Shown: piece after piece, positions 56,571 to 64,000 of the stretch
How the letters are laid out: each line of letters opens with the position of its first letter
Numbering within the stretch: the first letter of the stretch is position 1
Assembly: GCF_009914755.1 (NCBI RefSeq)
Contig: NC_060931.1
Length of the DNA: 64,000 nucleotides
Source: the human T2T-CHM13v2.0 reference genome, Homo sapiens
Direction: 5' to 3' (one strand)
The notes under the pieces: model-generated
The model's input: only the letters and a program-made list of their open reading frames with translations
The model's database searches: none
What the model was told of the DNA's origin: nothing
Position numbers and translations under genes: made by a program

Positions 56571-58718
56571 CACACCTGAGAAAATTTCTAAACTCGGTCT
56601 GGGAAAGAAAAAGGTAAATGAGTTTTGTTTTTGTTTTTGAGACAGAGTCTTCCTTAAATGAGTATTCTTAAGAATGGAATATAGGATTAGATATTTATTT
56701 TCTTCTGAGCCCCACCTCTTTTATGCCCTTTGTAAATATTTTCTTACCTTTTAAGCCCTACTAATAAAATGCAAGTTACAGTTAAAAAACTGTAGTCAAC
56801 ATAAGTGAACAAACCTTTTCAAGGTGACAAACCCAGGGAGCTACGGTGCTCATTAAAAAACAGATGTGTTTGACTCATATGTCAAGTCAGGCCACCCAAT
56901 CCCTTGAGAGATTCTCCCACCCCCATCCTGCTCACTTAAGTGCTCAGTGACCACCCTCTCCAGAGACACTGTACTAGGCCCCATTGAGTGCCCCAAGGTG
57001 CATTTCACTTTGCAAGTTGCTGCACCATCTCACTGGGGCCAGGTTTGATTTTTTTTTTTTTTTTTTTTGTCTTTTGGGATACTATTTTCTCTTTCATAAT
57101 TCTTGGAGAATCCAGGTGGCAGTAATTATTTGTTTTTCCCTCATTACCACCATCTGATTGGCTGACCAGCAATGTGTCTTCGAGAAATGGAACCCGGGTT
57201 GCTTGAAGACAATCTTAACTTCTCTAAGGGTTTGCTTTTCAAAGGAAGAGTACCCCAGGAGACTCCTCTCAGCCTCAGGGCATCCACCTGCTCCCTTGAG
57301 AAGCTACACTCCAACTTCAGGCTGTCCTGTCTCCCATTCCCAGATATGCGAAGTTTCATTCCAGGCCAGGAGCTGAAATTTACTAGACATTGTAGCATAC
57401 ACAGCCACAGTGGATATCTTGATTTATCCCCAGACAGTACTGAAACCCAGAACCAGGGAAAAAACTGAAGGGTGGCTGAGGACACATTACCTTATAAAGT
57501 TTCCAAAGGGAAACCCTGACCCAAAAATATTCTGATAAGGTTTCTGTGGCTAGAGGCAATAAAAGGAAAGGAGGCACAGAACATTTTTTACAATACAGTG
57601 TCAGGGGATTATTCTTTGCTTTCTTCTCTTGGGAAATCTTTACAAACAGAAAACAAATCTTTTTTAAAATGCCAGCCAATGCTTTGTCAAAAAATGATTA
57701 ATTAAAATATGGTACCTAAAATGTACACTAAAGTGTACATTAAAGGACAAATAGTTGATAATGTGAATTAGGGAGGGGAAATTGGCATTTGGGAATGTCA
57801 GAAGGAACTGGAAATTTAGTATTTTACTGCAAGCCAGAGTTAGGCTGGAGGAATGGGAAATGGGGAGAAGTCTTGAGACCCTGCTTGAGACAGAAGTGAA
57901 AAATGCAGAGGAAAATCAGTGCCCTGTGGAGTGTGAAAATAATTAAGTGGCAGGCAATTAGACTGAGGTGGCTCCAGTCCTAGGGTTGCTACTTGCAAAA
58001 AAATCTAACTCGAATGATTTTTTTCTAAAGTATTACATTGGGGGAAAATAAAATTCAGGCTTAACCAACTATAAACTGCCAATTAACCTCTCATTACATG
58101 ACCAGGGAATTTCCACCTTGATCGTACAAATTAAGAAACTACATAACTTTACCTAACCAATTATTGAATTTGCTTTCCTTTATCATGCACTTTATAAAAG
58201 TGTTTTCTTCAAGCCCCTTCCATAAACCACAAACTACAAAACATAGCTTGGTGCTCTACAATTCTTGAATTACTCTTTAATTAAATTCTTTAATATTTCT
58301 GCGGAGACTTCCACAAATTTTTAATAGAAAAAAAGGGGGACTGGGAACCCCGCAGACCAAAGCTCTTCCCATTCATGAACTCTGCATCCTGAGTCAGTAT
58401 TCTCCCCTGACGACCGTCCAGTGGTCCCTGCACAATCGGGGAGAGCTGCGGCAGTGGGGGCAGAGCTGCCCACAGAGGACTCCAGACCAAGGCACAGTCA
58501 CTGCGCAGGGAGGAGACAGGATGCCCGGGGTCCGAGCTGTCAGCCCGGCCGCCATCCTATGGCTGAAGGGGACTGAGGGCCGAGCTGCGCCAAGGAGAAC
58601 TCGGGGCCGCGGATTTTGGAGCCAGCTGCGGGGAGGCCAGAGTCCCGCCACAGCCACTTCCCACCAGTTCCAACCAGCCCCGCCCCCTCTCTCGGGATGT
58701 CGGACCCGGCACTCTCAC

Positions 58719-58890
58719 CATTTCTAGGCTTCCAGTGGGTCCTGGCGTCTTAGCTGTGGATCTCCCAATACCTGCAGGTAACGAGGCCACAGAAGCTGGG
58801 CCTCTAGGAGCAGAAGACACAGAGCAGTGAAGACTACACCAGAAGCTCCGGCTGCCGCCAGAGACAAAGGCCCCACCAAACCCGGAAGCC
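58719..58890 (-). other. ZNF117: Exon 1 of the ZNF91-clade gene (shared 5' exon for ERV3-1 and ZNF117 transcripts), ending in ATG
   Basis: Family-typical leader ...GGTATTGGGAGATCCACAGCTAAG...GGAAGCCTAGAAATG|GTGAGA; ATG at 58721-58719 splices in phase 0 to the KRAB-A GGA; the 5' end is approximate. Confidence 0.85.
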
Positions 58891-58995
58891 GTCCTGTCTG
58901 CTCCAGCTGAGTGCCTGATTGGACGGGTCCCAGCCCAGCGTCCCTGATTGGATAATGTTTAGGGCCCCACCCTCTCAGGCCTTGATTGACAGAAG
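58880..58995 (-). promoter_or_regulatory. KRAB-ZNF promoter: ETS site and two CCAAT boxes, beside a small CpG island (~58400-58900)
   Basis: CCGGAAG at 58882-58888; minus-strand CCAATCAG at 58922 and 58951; CCCCACCC box; CpG-rich first intron. Confidence 0.75.
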
Positions 58996-59589
58996 ACGTG
59001 CTCAGATGCTGGGCTGAATGTAGAGTGAACCCTAAGCCTTTTCAGGCAGAGCTTCCTCCCTGAGCTGACCCAGGCCCTCCCCAGACGGCATTTGCCTTGT
59101 AAGGCAACCGTCTGAAATAAAATGTGAGCCATGTGTGAATTCTAAATTTTCTAGTAGTTAAGAAGAAAGAAGAAACAGGTGAAATTCATTCTAACCATTT
59201 AATAACCCAATATATCCAAAATATTATTTTAGTATAGGAGCAATATGTAATTATTAATGTAGTGTATATATTCTTGGAACTAAATCTTTAAATCTAACCC
59301 TGTATTTTACCTTTCTAGCACATCGCAGTTCAGACCAGCCATATTCCAGGCATCCTGTAGCCACACATGGCCAATAGCCACCACATTGAAGTGCAGCTCT
59401 GATTTCATACTTCCTCTCTCTCTCTCCTCAAACCTCCTGTGCTTCCTTCCCTCCCTCCCTTCTGCTAAGCTGACGCTCACTTCTCCAACGTTACTAGAAG
59501 CCCTCAGAGTGAATGTTCTTATCTTCCCACCATCCACCGACTGTGTCTCTGTTCCTTCCACTGTCACTGTGTAATAATTGCCCTTCTGC

Positions 59590-63675
<4,086 letters not shown>

Positions 63676-63679
63676 TCGA

Positions 63680-64000
63680 GTTTATCTTCCCTTGAATATG
63701 AACTTAGTCCCCTGCTTCTATAAGTAGAATACAATGGAAGTGTTGCTCATGATCTGCCAAAGTTAGGTCATAAAAGATGTTTCCACTTGGCTGTCCTTCC
63801 TGGGATGGATGCACTTAGAACCCATTCACCATTTTGTGAGAAAGCCCAGGCCACGTATGGAGGTGATGTGTGGGTGTTCCACCAGATAGCCCCAGCTGAG
63901 GCCCTAGCTAACAGCCCACATTAACCAGGAGATATTTGAGCAAGGAAACCATTGAGACTATTCTAACTGCATACTGTTTGAAGGCAACCACATAAAACAT
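63680..64000 (+). mobile_element. MaLR LTR fragment (MLT1-like)
   Basis: TAGGTCATAAAAG, GTGAGAAAGCCCAGGCCAC and AGCCCCAGCTGAG motifs. Confidence 0.55.

Overview
This is primate (human-type) genomic DNA, recognisable as the 7q11.21 ERV3-1 / ZNF117 (H-plk) locus. A minus-strand ZNF91-clade KRAB zinc-finger gene runs from a CpG/CCAAT promoter and an ATG-terminated exon 1 (~58.7-58.9 kb) through KRAB-A (34189-34315), KRAB-B (33586-33681) and a long C2H2 exon (starting at 31734). A full-length ERV3/HERV-R provirus (42504-52117; two 593-bp LTRs, TATA target-site duplication, tRNA-Arg PBS) sits in intron 1 in the sense orientation, splitting an older L1. Its gag and pol are decayed, but env is an open 604-aa ORF that stops just before a still-readable membrane anchor. 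The host gene's KRAB-A box carries an in-frame TGA, so translation is predicted to start inside KRAB-B. This haplotype also has TGA at codon 428, followed by about 16 further in-frame fossil fingers. The rest is repeats: an HML-3/MER9 provirus end fused to a CpG-rich non-viral segment, young AluYb8 and AluYg6-like inserts, a full-length SVA with a short 5' extension, L1s and many Alus. The locus itself is known. The less obvious items are the chimeric splice architecture (KZNF ATG as a uORF, Alu-derived donor), a fossil MLV-type readthrough pseudoknot, covarying hairpin repeats upstream of env, and recurrent CGA>TGA stops at one finger position. Repeat-family names come from recall of consensus sequences, not from a search.
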